Assembly (NCBI GenBank): GCA_965153455.1
Contig: OZ234493.1
Location: 34,772,213 to 34,836,212, forward strand
DNA length: 64,000 nucleotides
Reading direction: 5' to 3'
From: Sphagnum compactum
Lineage: Eukaryota
A program made the position numbers and the translations under genes. The first letter of the stretch is position 1; every line of letters starts with the position of its first letter. The notes under the pieces are model-generated. The model had not been told where the DNA came from. It searched no databases and saw only the letters and a program-made list of their open reading frames with translations. Below are positions 12,459 through 24,824 of the stretch, piece by piece.

Positions 12459-13170
12459 GTCGGTACATGTAAAGTATATGACATAGCAGCAAACTGTTTT
12501 CTGTGTTTATATGTAAAGCTGGGGTTTGTATGAAGACATGCTTCTCTTTTCTACCAGTTTCCTGGATTGGATCTTGATGAAGATGGAACTGTACAGAAAG
12601 CACAAAAGATCAACATGAGATTACCCATTATAGTGATGATTATAGTGATGTACCTTCGCTCTCTTGTTCCAGTTGACCTCCATTTTGTTGTCAGAATCAC
12701 TAAGTGGCCTCTTAAGTCTGACAAGCACTCTCACATCTCGCATTCACAAACAGAAAAATGTGTAAAAACCCTGGATGTAAGTGGTCAATCTCTTGAGCAT
12801 TACCGCATCAGAGTATATGGCATCATGTATAATGCTCAATATTTGCATGTGACACAAATTCCAATCAGGCAGGAAAGAAAAACCATGGCTCAAAAAACCC
12901 GACACAAAAGTCAGTCAGCACATCAAGGCAAGGCTCCAGAGAATTCCACATCAAGCTTACCCCTGACAGAAGAAAACGCTTTGTTGCTATTGTTTGCAAC
13001 TTCCAACAGATTTTGGAGAGAAAAAGACAAGATCAAGTGCAAAATCTGTGTGCTATAAAAAACCACATTTTTTCTTTAGACTCAGATCAAAGACTCTCTG
13101 CTGCAGCATCATCTCTCAAACACGTTTCAATAAACCTCCAAACCCTTTTGGAGATCCAGAGATCTCTCTT

Positions 13171-13222
13171 TGTGTGTGTGTGTGTGTGTGTGTCTGTGAG
13201 AGAGGGAGAGAGAGAGAGCGAG
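13171..13222. repeat. (GT)n(GA)n compound microsatellite
   Basis: Visible directly in the sequence. Confidence 0.9.
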
Positions 13223-13672
13223 AAAGGAATCCAACTGAGTACCTGTGCTGTTGCAGCTATTGGGTACCTACCTACAAAGGGGCTTTCCAGTGGGTACCCA
13301 AACTTCTTTCATCCAGTAGGTTGCAGGGAGCCATTTGTAACTGCTGGAGCCTGGCATCCAGTAGTGGGGGGGGATTGTGTTGTGTGATGGGTGCTGGAGA
13401 GAGGAGGACGACACTCAGCATGTCATGAGCAGCACAACAGCTATGGCAGCAAGGAGGTAAAAGCCTTACCCACTTTCTTTTTTTTGCTTCATTTCCATTT
13501 GCATCACATTTTATGCTCCCCTGCTCCCCTTTTGTGTTTGCTTGGATCTGCAATGACTACAACTACTACTACTACTACTACTATTACTACAGCAGTCATT
13601 CAATCTGTGTATCCCTCCCAATAGTAGGTTGCTTGAAATGAATTCTTATCCATCACCCGTTTCTCTCTTCTT

Positions 13673-16284
13673 ATGAAGATGGGTCACCTGGAAAAAGAAG
13701 TCCTTGCTTTCATGAAGGCTTTTGTGGTGGTGGAAGTTTGCAGTTTCAGGTAGAGAAAATGTTTTGCCCTACTTTTTGCTTTCTCCTTGAGGAAGAAGAA
13801 GGAAGTTGCTGAACTCCTTCATCATCATTTCTTCTGCTCCTCCTGGTGAAGGATTTCAGCAGAGTTCAAATTTCTGCATACTGTATGTCTACCATCATCA
13901 TGATGAAGGGAGAAGACTTGGGTCATTGCAGATTTCTTGCTTTCTTGAAGGAGACCTTCTAATAGAGTGAACTGGGAAATTGGGTTCTTGTTCATGCAAG
14001 AATCATGTGCAAAACATGGCTTACATAAGGGGGATTGTGCAGGCGGGGATTCTCTGCACCTGCAGAAACTGCGAAGTTGGAGAAGGAGACCAGGGAGAAG
14101 ATGAAAAGACTGGCAGAAGTTCGTGCTGCGATGGCAACAGAGCGCCAAGTCTGCGAGGAGCTCAGGTACACTCTTGATTCCTCAACAAACAGTTTGTTTG
14201 TTTTGCTGCATTATGTTCAAAGCATTATTATTGTGTCTGTGGTTTTCAATGCAAACTCACCATTGAGTTTGAATCTATTGCCTACAAAACACACCTTCAA
14301 AGTCCAAAAAAAGAATATGTAAAATACAACATAAAGAATGCCATTTGTAAAGCACACATTAGAGGATTTTTCACAGTGATGATGCTTGTGTTCCTGTGCA
14401 GAAGAGAAGCAAGCACAAAAGGCTGGTGGAGTGCAACAATGCCAGTACACCTTTGAGTCCCAATTATCCTTTCACAGCATACATTTTACGATCTGCATTT
14501 GCATCCAAAACACATGAGCTGACTGACCCATTATGCCAATAGAAACTGTGTGTCAATGCAAATGGAGTGCATGATGTGTAATTGTGCAGAAAGGCCATCA
14601 GGAGAACATGCATGAAAAAGGGCTGAAGTCATCAACAAGGACTTTGCCAGTAGTTCCAGCCACCTCACTCAAGCTCAAACAGAGTTCCAAATCTTGTTGT
14701 CCCGTTACCAATTTTGTTGGTATCCTGCATTGTCCAGCCTTCCATAACTTTCTCATGTTGTGGGTCTGGATTTGATTCCCTTGTTTTCACCTATGGACAT
14801 CAAGTTGGAGACAGAATTGATCAACACTTCCAATCCAACTTTTGGGGGCATGAGGGAAAACCAAATAGGAAACTTGGGAGAGCCTGTTGGATTTGAGAGC
14901 CAACTAATCCACAATGTTTCAGCAAGCAGCGCATGCATATGTCCTGTTTTTTCTTCTTCAAGCATAATTCCTGAATAGCTTATATTGTGAAGGGTATTGT
15001 GTTGTTTACCATACTCAGATTGCTCTCAAGTTGAAAACAAGCTTGTGAGATCTCTGCCTGCTGCACAAGGCCCTGACATGAAGGCATTCAGAGAGTTTGA
15101 TGAAGCAGCAAGCAATGCTTCATTTGCAGGAGCACTGGCAGAATGGCGCAATTCAGGCTGCACAACAAAGACAGGCATGCAATTCATCTGTGTATTTTTC
15201 AAAAGCAGTAAGCTAACACTTAGATGTTAAGCTCACAACCAATTTCTACATCGGTTGCTTCAGTTATTGAGCATCATTTCTGCTCCTGAGTCTGTCGGTG
15301 GTCAAAGGGTCATACATACTTCTGTTCTTCTATTTTGCTATATCAGCCATGATGGGATGTTTGCAATTTTGACATAAACTGTTTACAATGGCAGAGGTGC
15401 AAACAAGATTTGAAGTTGTGCCATTGCACATAGAAACACAGCACAAACATCAATCACCCATTTCTGATACAGGTACCTTGACCCAAGCCTACACTTGAAT
15501 TTTTTTTTGGGTATGCAAAGCGTACTCAGCAGTAATGCTGCCAACCTAAGCACTTTTTACTGATAAAATTTTCTATGCCTCCTTAGAAGTCAACATCATG
15601 ACTGAGCCTTCTTCCTGTTGCTTCTGTAAAAGAGACAAACTCAGGACTCAGATATTCTATAAAACATTTCCCATATTTGTTGTTTACTTATCTGGACTCG
15701 CCATTGGGAGCTGATAACATCAATGGGTAGTAAATGCAGCTCGTTGCTGCCATTTCTGATGAAGGTGATTGTCACTAACCATATTGTTGTTCTGAAACAG
15801 AGAAGCTGACCCAAAGGATGACTCCCCCACCAACAGATCACTGCACAATGGGTATTCAGACAGAAAAACCGACAGTGGCCAACAGTGAAATTGAGAGTCC
15901 TGTTGTTCAACACACCTACTTCCAACATGTATGCCACTGACCTCAACCATTCTGGTTCCTCAAAGGTCTATGCTTGTTAGTGTGTATATCAGCAACAAAA
16001 TTTCTGTTGCTCTTGTGTTTCCGCACTTTTTTCTGAATAAATAATTGCCTTTTGTTTTGTTGCTAATTTTTAGGCCAAATTTTTGGATAGCACTTTAGTG
16101 ATTATAATCCATGGGTTCATATATATCCCCACCCAAAGTCCATCTTTGATTGTATCCACTGTGGTGTGGTGTATGTATGTCAAGGACAATATGGTGTCAT
16201 GATTCTTCCCATGTTCTTCACATGCCAAATCTCTTGTGCATTTTGTAGCTTTGCATGCAAGACTCAAGGCAGTTTCTGCCTTAG
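13673..16284 (+). CDS. ZBBX-like (zinc finger B-box domain-containing protein-related) putative flagellar/ciliary protein without a recognisable B-box
   Basis: Proposed exons 13673-13749 (start tentative), 14043-14165, 14402-14444, 14590-14719, 15019-15174 (GC donor, or GT donor at 15208), 15395-15472, 15801-15928 and 16249-16284 keep one open frame. The peptide blocks LEKETREKMKRLAEVR, REASTKGWWSA, FDEAASNASFAGALAEWR, EVQTRFEVVPLHIE and TYFQHL are collinear with recalled human ZBBX motifs (LEFENQEMEKKLQEFR, RESSEYYWKSG, FDEEASAQSFQEVLSQWR, EVQTNLKIWREPLNIE, SYMEKL). Confidence 0.7.
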
Positions 16285-17084
16285 TATGGAGGCCAAGAAC
16301 TTGGGTTATATATCAAATCATCGGGAAAATGCAACTGGTATCTGAGTTTTTCATGAAAAGAATTGTATCAGTTGTAAAGGCTCGTTTTTTCTCTGCAACC
16401 TGACTTGAGAGACATGTTAATAATGCTTCCGCTCATCTAGATTCTAGTCTGAGTGCATCACCAGCTCTGAGATTTGGAGGGCCAACAACTAGAGGAATTG
16501 AGAACTGAGCAAAAATGCCTCATTTGTCGATTGCTGGTACAACAGGATTAAGCCTTGACAAGATTTTTCTCTTTGCACATGACATTATGAACTTTGATGT
16601 TCCACTTCCAAACTATGGAGGGTTCATGTCTAGTGTTTACATGGTTTGTGAGTTTTGGGTTGCCTAAGCTTGTCTAGACTCCTAAAACGATAGATCCTTT
16701 CATGAATTTCCCCCAAATTCTTAAGTAGTTTGTATATGAACAACATACAAAATGAAGTTCTTTGAAGGATTCAAATGCATTTGAAGGAAACATAACAAAT
16801 GGAGTCAAGCTTTAAATTAACATGTAAATGCATCAAGTAGAGCTAGAGAATTGAGCACATAATTTGGGTTTGAGCATGTTGGAAGATGGGCAATTCATTC
16901 TCATTCAATGGATGAAGAAAATTGTTCATTGTCCATTTTTTTTTTGTCCATAGTCGAATGCAGTTCATCCACGTTGTCCACTTTCATTCATACCACATGT
17001 TTGAGAGTTCTTTGCTTTAAGAAGGTTCTTTGGATGATTTTTTGGTTCATTACCCCAAAAAACAATTTGAGGAGGGAGGGGGTG

Positions 17085-18060
17085 AATTTGTGGGATTTCA
17101 ATTGTTCCCAACGTGTTCTCACCAAGTTCCCCATTTTTAGTTCCTAATGGCTTCCTAGCATGTTTCCCAAGTTCTCAACATGTTCCCGATACCATCTCCC
17201 TTTGTCCCATATGTTTCTTTTGCTCAACATTGTCTTCTTGGAATGTTGTTCCCTTGGAGCCTATATCGGTGGGTGAATATTGAAACTTAGGCCCCATTGG
17301 AGCTTGAAAGCCCATAATCATCAAAAATTTTAAGAAAATCCATGATTGGATGAAAAATCATTTTATGATTCAAGTTCACTTTACACAAGGTTGAAAGACA
17401 AAGAACCAAGGAAATGTAAATGGATGAAAAATTAACATTAAATGCACTATGGATGATGTTTCATGGTCTTACAAACTTTGCTACCAAGCTCACCTAATAG
17501 CAAACCTATTTTTTCTCAATTTTTTTAATAAATTTTTTTGAAGGTGGGTGTGATGTTCATTAGCCATGATTGGTTGGATGTTTTTACGTAATTCTTTTCA
17601 AATTTTTAATAGCATTTTTTTGAAGGTGAGCAAAAAGTTTGTTAACCCATTGGTCCAAAAACAAATTAAATGGCCAATTTTTTTTACATTAAATTTTCTC
17701 AACTTTTTTTAATTTTTAAAATAAATAAAAGGTGGGTGCAAAGTTTGTTAGCCCATGAGCCCAAAAAAACCATGTTTGGTCTTTTTCTTACATAATGTTT
17801 ACTTTGAATTTCTATGGGAGAGTCTTTAAATTTGTTTTGAGGGGTTTCAACATTTACATGGTCATGGTTTCCCTCATCATAGTGTAAAAGGGGGCCTTAT
17901 ATGCTTTTATGTTTGGAGTGAATATTGGCAAGTTTCCAAAGTTTCAAAAATAAATAAATTTGTGATAGGCAAATCGAAGAGGTTCATTGCAAAAAAATAT
18001 GGAACTTAAAAAGGAAACCCCAACTTATTAATGTGGATTGCACTATATCACATGAGTGCA
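17085..18060. repeat. Interrupted copy of a dispersed repeat family (related to 28797-29100)
   Basis: The GTTCCC/GTTCTC-rich block at 17090-17230 and the block at 17915-18035 (CAAAG.TT...TTTGT.AT.G.C.AATC.AAGA...CCCCA..ACT.ATTAAT) match 28800-29090. Confidence 0.55.
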
Positions 18061-19499
18061 ACTTAGTAGGTTCGTCGTTAATTGAATATGAAACGAAAAA
18101 AATCAGGACTTCTTGGAAATTATTAAAAAGTACTTAACAAGTAAAAATACACCTTAATTATGTTAGAATATTAATTAAGAGAAAATATATTAAAAATTCA
18201 ACATCAAAGTGTCAAACCTAGTAGGCTACTACATTATAGTTTTAATTCATTCTTTTCATATTCCTAATTTGTTCATGTTATGAATTGTAATTCATTTGGA
18301 TACATCTTTGTCTCCCAAAGTAGGATTCCCCCAATTGTTGGAAAGAAATGGAGAAAGAGCAAGTGTTGGATAGTGTTGCATTTTGACTAGGTTATTAATA
18401 ACCTATCAACTAGTTATTTATTTATCTTATAATTAGTTAAAATTGATAATTTCATGATATCAAAATTTCAAATTTTAATAACCTACTTGGATGATTTGAT
18501 TATTATCTAGATAAATTATCAATTTTTATACACTTATTTTTTAAATTAAAAATCAATTTTTAATTTACCAAAAACCCCTATAACTAGTGTAGGTTAACCA
18601 ATGGTTTTCAATTAGTAATTTGAAAACCTAACGTTAGCATAATCAATAGTTACTATTATACAATTTTTTAAATAATCTATCCAACACCCAATTTTTTTAT
18701 ATTGATATTAATAACCTATGTGATCCCCAAAAAAACAAAAAATAACCTACTCAATGATTATTGAAAAAATAAAATAATTGGCCAACATTATAAAAAAACC
18801 ATGCACCATAGATGACAACTTTAAATGCCTCCAAGAATTACATTGGAAACCAATATCTAGGAACAAGAAAAATTATGAGAACCTATAAGAATCTATTCCA
18901 AGGAAAAAGGGGCAAATCAAAAGGAAGGTAGATAAAAGGAGGCAAATAAATAAATAAATCTGGTTTCCTTATTTAATTGAAGGAAAAATTTGAAATTGTT
19001 CATTGTTTAGCATAACAAAATGGCTAATTTCCATGTTCGAAAACAAAAAAACATCCTTCACTATGGACCATGAATAATAAAATATTTGAGGTGGTAATGG
19101 GTGAATGGTTAACAAATGGTGGAAGTTGAGAAGTAACCAAACTCACATAATTTTTGGAGGCCTATAATTATTGGAATGCAATTGAAACCTTTTGTCTAAA
19201 ATTAACAATTAAGACTAAAAATGGAGGATCTTCAAGGCCTTTTATTCCCCACGCATTGTTAGCACAAAATTGTAAAAAAAACATAAACTTGCTTATGTAA
19301 ACCATTGAAGACTTTTATTGTTATGATGGGAAGGAAATGCCCTCTTGAGTGATGATGATTTTGGTAATCTTTTTTTTTTGTTTGGGCTATATTCTTGATG
19401 TTGCAAAACCACATGTAGACTAGGGCAAGAGGTTGTCAAAATCAATGTGAACTAGAGTCTCTAACCAAAAACAAAACACAAAAAAAAATTATGATAAGA

Positions 19500-20200
19500 A
19501 AACAGCAAGAAATCAAGGATGAAACAACTAATGCCCAACTCCCCAAGAATGTAGTCGGGGTCGTGGCAATAGAATAAATGACACCAATACTTCCTTATGA
19601 GATGAGAAGAAAAAGCTTGATGACAAGTTAAATGCCTTTGGGACCATCAAAAGATCCTAGACATATAATTTGTTTAAGGACTTGAAATAAAGATAAGTCA
19701 AAAGACACAAGAGAATTCAAAAACTCTAAATTAGAAGAGATGCACCAAAAGGAATATGAAAAAAAGTGTTGTAAAAAACAACAAATGAGAATCCCGAAAA
19801 CTACTTGAACATCACCCATTGTCAAGAATAAATATATGTACATGCTTGAGATCTTCGGACAAGAATAAACCTTTCCCTCCTTTAGTTTCTCAATCTCAAC
19901 GATCAAATAAGGTCCTAATGGAGAACCTACTAGGGTTGTAAGTTCCAACCTCTCGAGCTTGCCCACAACTCCTATCTAAGGATTCAAAGAAGCAAAAGTA
20001 ACCTGAATGCTTGTAGAAGAAACTCAAAAAAGTTTTACTCGAAAAGAAGCCCAACCCTCTAGTGGAAACTTATAAGGGCAAAAATGAAGGTCCAATTTCC
20101 TCAACAAGGCTTTAAGAACCTATGGGGGATAAGGCGTCAAGAACAGCTACATGTTTAATTCCCATGACAAACCAAACAACCCATAGACTCACTTGCATAA
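19500..20200 (-). mobile_element. Degraded non-LTR retrotransposon RT-adjacent region (CRE-like)
   Basis: Minus-strand translation gives MGDVQVVFGILICCF...LGSFDGPKG...GSIGVI...TTPTTFLGSWALV, resembling the LPxxxGGIG...AYLGSW region after RT in early-branching non-LTR elements. It contains multiple stops. Confidence 0.45.
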
Positions 20201-21153
20201 AATTGTGATCAACACCCAAAACAGACCCAAGCTTCTCAAAAACCAGCAACATGCTCATTGGATTTACAAAATGAGTGCTCAAAGACCTCAATGCTCATAC
20301 TTCATAATTTGCTGTTTTAGTGACAAGTAGCATACAAAAAGAATACACATAGCTAAAATCATGTAAATATGCACTACCAAACCTTTAAAAACTTTCAACT
20401 TGCTACTTATTCCACAAATGGGAACACTTTAGTAAAAATTGGTCTTACACAAGCAGAAAAAAGATTTTACATAATGCATGTTTTGCAAGTTTTACAAGAG
20501 AAACAAGATACGGAACACCCAAAGTTCGTAAAGCAAATTTTACATGTCAGTTGCTGGTTGTTGTATCAACTTGAACAAAACCTGGATGGATCACACCAGA
20601 CTTTGCACAATTCACATACAGGCCATGGTGATCTAACAAATCCCATTACTGCATTTGCTTCAAAGGCCTTTTAAGAGCCATGATAGCATCATGTCATTCG
20701 CATTTTGCAGTTCTCTCAAAGTGTCCAATTATTGCATGCAATCTTTGAAAAGTTTTTTTGGAATTTATAGGTTCAAAAACCAACAAAGGATGATAGGAAA
20801 ATCCCAACTTGTGCTTTCTGGAAGCTAGAGTACAAAAAACCAATTTGTTTGTGTGCTCCCACTGGGCTCATGAAAATTCCCTTGCACTGCTCCATGTCTT
20901 GCCCTGGTCATTTGTTTGCGCCCTCCTTGAAATTTCTCTGTATAACAACTGCCTGTTTTGATGTCAAAGAATCACATGGACTTACTTCATCAGCTCCAGA
21001 TGGTGGGTGTCAGTTGGTATATAATAATCTGGCCCAAATTTAGGTGAAGGATTTTGTCCAGCTACCAAACACTCAAAAGTTCTTTGAAAGTTTTACAACG
21101 TGCCACATTTGAGAAAAGGATGCTTGCTATGTATGCAGTATCTTACATTGGAA

Positions 21154-24100
21154 TTATTGTGGGTTATGTGGTCGGCCGTTGGCTGTAGCTACACGTGATC
21201 CCCACTCAAGGAGCTCCTTGCTGGTGTCATCTTTGTTGAGGATAACCTCAATGAAGCAGAGACTGTCTTTTTCTTTCTCTGCTGCCGCTATAGCTGTTAT
21301 CAAATCTGCTTCTGTCTTCACCTGCAGAAACAGCCAACCAAATTTCCCAGTTTCAAACACCCAGAAGATGCAAAAGGAACTGGAGAAGTCTCAAGATTCC
21401 AAATTTCAAAGAACCGGTGTGAAGCTGCAAAAAGAACTGATTCAGACCAAAAATTGTTGACCCAAAAAAAAGGAGCCCAGTGTGCAAGTTCTGTGTGAAG
21501 CTTCTTCTTTTTTTCTGTTGCTGTCTCTGCAGTTGTGCAATCCTTTGATGATGATATCAACTGGCATACATACATACCTTGTATGTGAATAGTTTCCCTT
21601 CCCCATTGTGAAAAGCCTCAATCAGTCCGGTGTAATTCCAGTTCTTGATGATGTTGTATGGCCCATCATGAATCTCAACTTCAATTGTATAACCCCCATT
21701 GTTGAGCAGAAAAATGATCGTATGATGCCCATATCTAATCATCGTAGAAACATCTTGTGCTGTTACCTGACATACCCATATGAAGCACGTTCAAGGATTT
21801 GAGTAACAACTCCCAAGAGAATTTCATTTGGCTCATGCATTTCAAACTCATCTGCTGCTGTTGCTGATCAGAGAACAGAATTGATTACAACTCAAATGCT
21901 AGCTGGGATCTTGCTTGAACCCATCATAAGAAGGAAATAAAACTGAGATCATAATGTCAAGTGCCAAAACACTCCACAGCAGATTTGGGTGGCATTCGAT
22001 TACCAAGCATTACCTGAAAGCTTCCATCCCCAATACAAGAAATAACACGCTTGTCCTTGCCAGCAGCTTGAGCGTAACCCAGAGTCGCACCAACAGCCCA
22101 CCCAATTGATCCATACTGCATTTGAAATTCAAACCCACATCCTTCAGGTAATCGTAGTTTTTGACAGTTGAACCATGAGTCTCCCGTCTCTGCTAAAACC
22201 ACATTCTCGGGTGTCAACATTGCCTGCAAAAAAAAAAATTGACACTCAATTTTGTAAGCCTGAATAATACACTTCACTTTGCTCCACAATAATTCTTTTC
22301 CCAAAGAAAGGGATTTGCAATTAGGGCTGCAGAAAATCTAAGGTCTTGAGTCTTGACCACATCTTTCCTTTTCCAACAGTTTTTTTCTGTACAAGTGATG
22401 ATGGTAGAGACCTGAATGTGCTTGAAGAGAGTCAGGGTTTTGATGGGCTCCCCTTCTTTCTCCTTGTGCAGGGTGCCCAGTGGAACATACATGCGCTCAT
22501 AGTTTTCAAATGATGTTGTGTTTCTTTCAACCCTCTCTGCTAACGCCTTGAAAAAGTCCCTCATCAGAATGCACCCAAATGACATACCCTCGCCAATTGT
22601 CACTCGATCTGGTTGCACAGTGATGGATTTTGATTTATGCAGCAAGAGTGAATACCCCACTGAGCTGAAACACCCCCCCAAAAAAATTCACATCTGACAT
22701 TAGCTTTCTTGATATATTTGTACTCCAACATTTACACCTGAAGGCAAATGGTGTTTGAACTACACTAGTAGGAATATACATAACTATACCCACAAAAGGA
22801 GGACAAAGAGCATATGGAACCCTAAGAGGACAAAGAGCCTCAAGCAAGGTAGGTAATCTAACATGGGTATACCTATAATCGTTGAAAACAGGTCCGGCAA
22901 AAAGGTAGCAATCAGCAGACTCAACGATTTCTGATGTGCAAGAAGAGCTCACACATCCCCAGTATGTTCCAATGAAATGAGGTAGTGCTTCAGAAATCCG
23001 ACCCTTTGCATCTGGCATCATTGCAACAGCATACCCACATGCATCGGCAAGCTTCTCAAATGCCGGACTTGCTTTTGCCACATGCAGTTTAGACCCAGCT
23101 ACGAGAACTGGTTTCACAGCTGCATTCATAACTTTGGCTGCTGCTTCCACCGCCGCATCCAAGCTGCTTTGGTTAGATTTCAAGTTACCGATCCCATAGT
23201 TCCTGGCACATATAATCATTTATGATTATTAGACTTAAACCCACACAGCACAGTGGGGGCTTGGATATACCATAGGAATTACTGTGGCTCTTTATTAGGC
23301 CTTTGCTTGTACAGTTTGATACCTATGCAAGTCGACAAAAGGTATGTATGATATTTATATCTTCAAAGGTTTAGAATTGAATCCGAGCTGCCAGAAGTGA
23401 AGTGACAAAGATAAAACCACACAGACCTTTTGAACTCAGGGCCCTGGGTGACGGAAAATGGGATAGGGTCTTTGGAAAAAGAAGGGTGTGCAACATTGGC
23501 AAGATTGCAACAAACACTAATGTAAACTGGCTTGCTTTGGAAGATCGCTGCTGAGATAGCTCTGTCAATCAGCTCCTGTGCATCATCCAAATTCTGGATT
23601 ACCACCTGCAAGAACAACAACAATGATGATGAGCCCTCCACAGTTTGTTATACAAGTCATCAGGAGGACCTCTCCCATCACCACCCCAAAAAACAAAAAG
23701 TCTCCTCAGTCAAGATCATGAATGGCATCAAGAATTTCCATCTGAGATTTGCAGAGAAATAATCTCCACAACAAACACTTCCAAGAATACAGTCATAAGC
23801 AACCTTTTGCGAGACAATTGCTCAGACAGTGTCAGACCCATCATCACCCTTCTTCATCATCATGTCTCAAAGAAAAGCAGTAATTGATAGACAAGCTGCT
23901 GCCATGAAGATTGAAGATTATGGTAGCATGGAGTTAGAGCATCTCCACTGGTGCTCAGTATGTGGCTCTGGACTAAAAATCTTGGATGAGGAGCAGGAGT
24001 GGATCCACTGGAAGACTGCTGTGACACTGGAAAAATGCACGGTGTTCAGAGCCCTGGAACAGTCTAATCAATACAGTCAATTTGTATTTATTGACTACTC

Positions 24101-24824
24101 CTTGTTTGTGATTCTCTAGATAGTCTGATTGGTCCAGGTGGGTTGCTATAAGTAGTCTCCCACCGATTTGCAGTCTCAGTTCTAGTCTTATGGAAAAAAG
24201 TAAGTAACTAAAACTTGGATGCGAGAAATATTTTTGCAGGGTCATATACTGAGCACCACTGGAGATACTCTTAGTTGAGCTTCTTGATCTGCTGCAAAAT
24301 CCAGCGAATCAAGTTCTACAATCGAAGAGGGAGGGAATTGAGAAAGTTAGATGGGATGGAATGGGTCATACCTGAGCACATGTGACCTCCTTGAAGCAAC
24401 GATATTCTTGGCTGAAATCTGGCAATCCCAAGGTGTGATGCAAGATGTGATTGGTGCCATAGTCATTGGAATTCGGACCACCCACCAAGCAGATGAGAGG
24501 CAGATTCTCGCTGTATGCACCAGCAATGGCATTGATGACACTCAAACCTCCAACTGTGAATGTGACCACACATGCTCCCACTCCCCTGCACCTGGCATAG
24601 CCATCAGCTGCATAACCTGCATTGAGCTCATTGCAGCAACCCCGTAGCTGAATCTCTGGGTCTGCCAGTAGCTCATCCAGGAGCAGCAAGTTGAAATCCC
24701 CCGGGACTGTGAACACATCATTGACCCCTATCTCTGCCAACCGTCGGGCTATGTATCTTCCCAGTGTCCATGTCTTGGCTGGGTGCAGGGGCTGCTGCTG
24801 CACTTCTTTGGTTGTTGATCCCAT
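21154..24824 (-). CDS. PDC: Pyruvate decarboxylase (TPP-dependent), ~593 aa, 7 exons
   Basis: Exons 24824-24372, 23605-23427, 23202-22873, 22664-22412, 22223-22014, 21766-21578 and 21321-21154 total 1782 nt, in phase, GT-AG. Motifs include [38 protein letters not shown], the TPP motif GDGSFQ...[13 protein letters not shown] and [14 protein letters not shown]. Confidence 0.97.

Noticed and set aside
15587-15625. Extra exon candidate EVNIMTEPSSCCF in the ZBBX-like gene
   Set aside because: Splicing it to the 15801 exon creates a TAG at the junction, and skipping it keeps the frame. It cannot be supported except as a possible poison exon.
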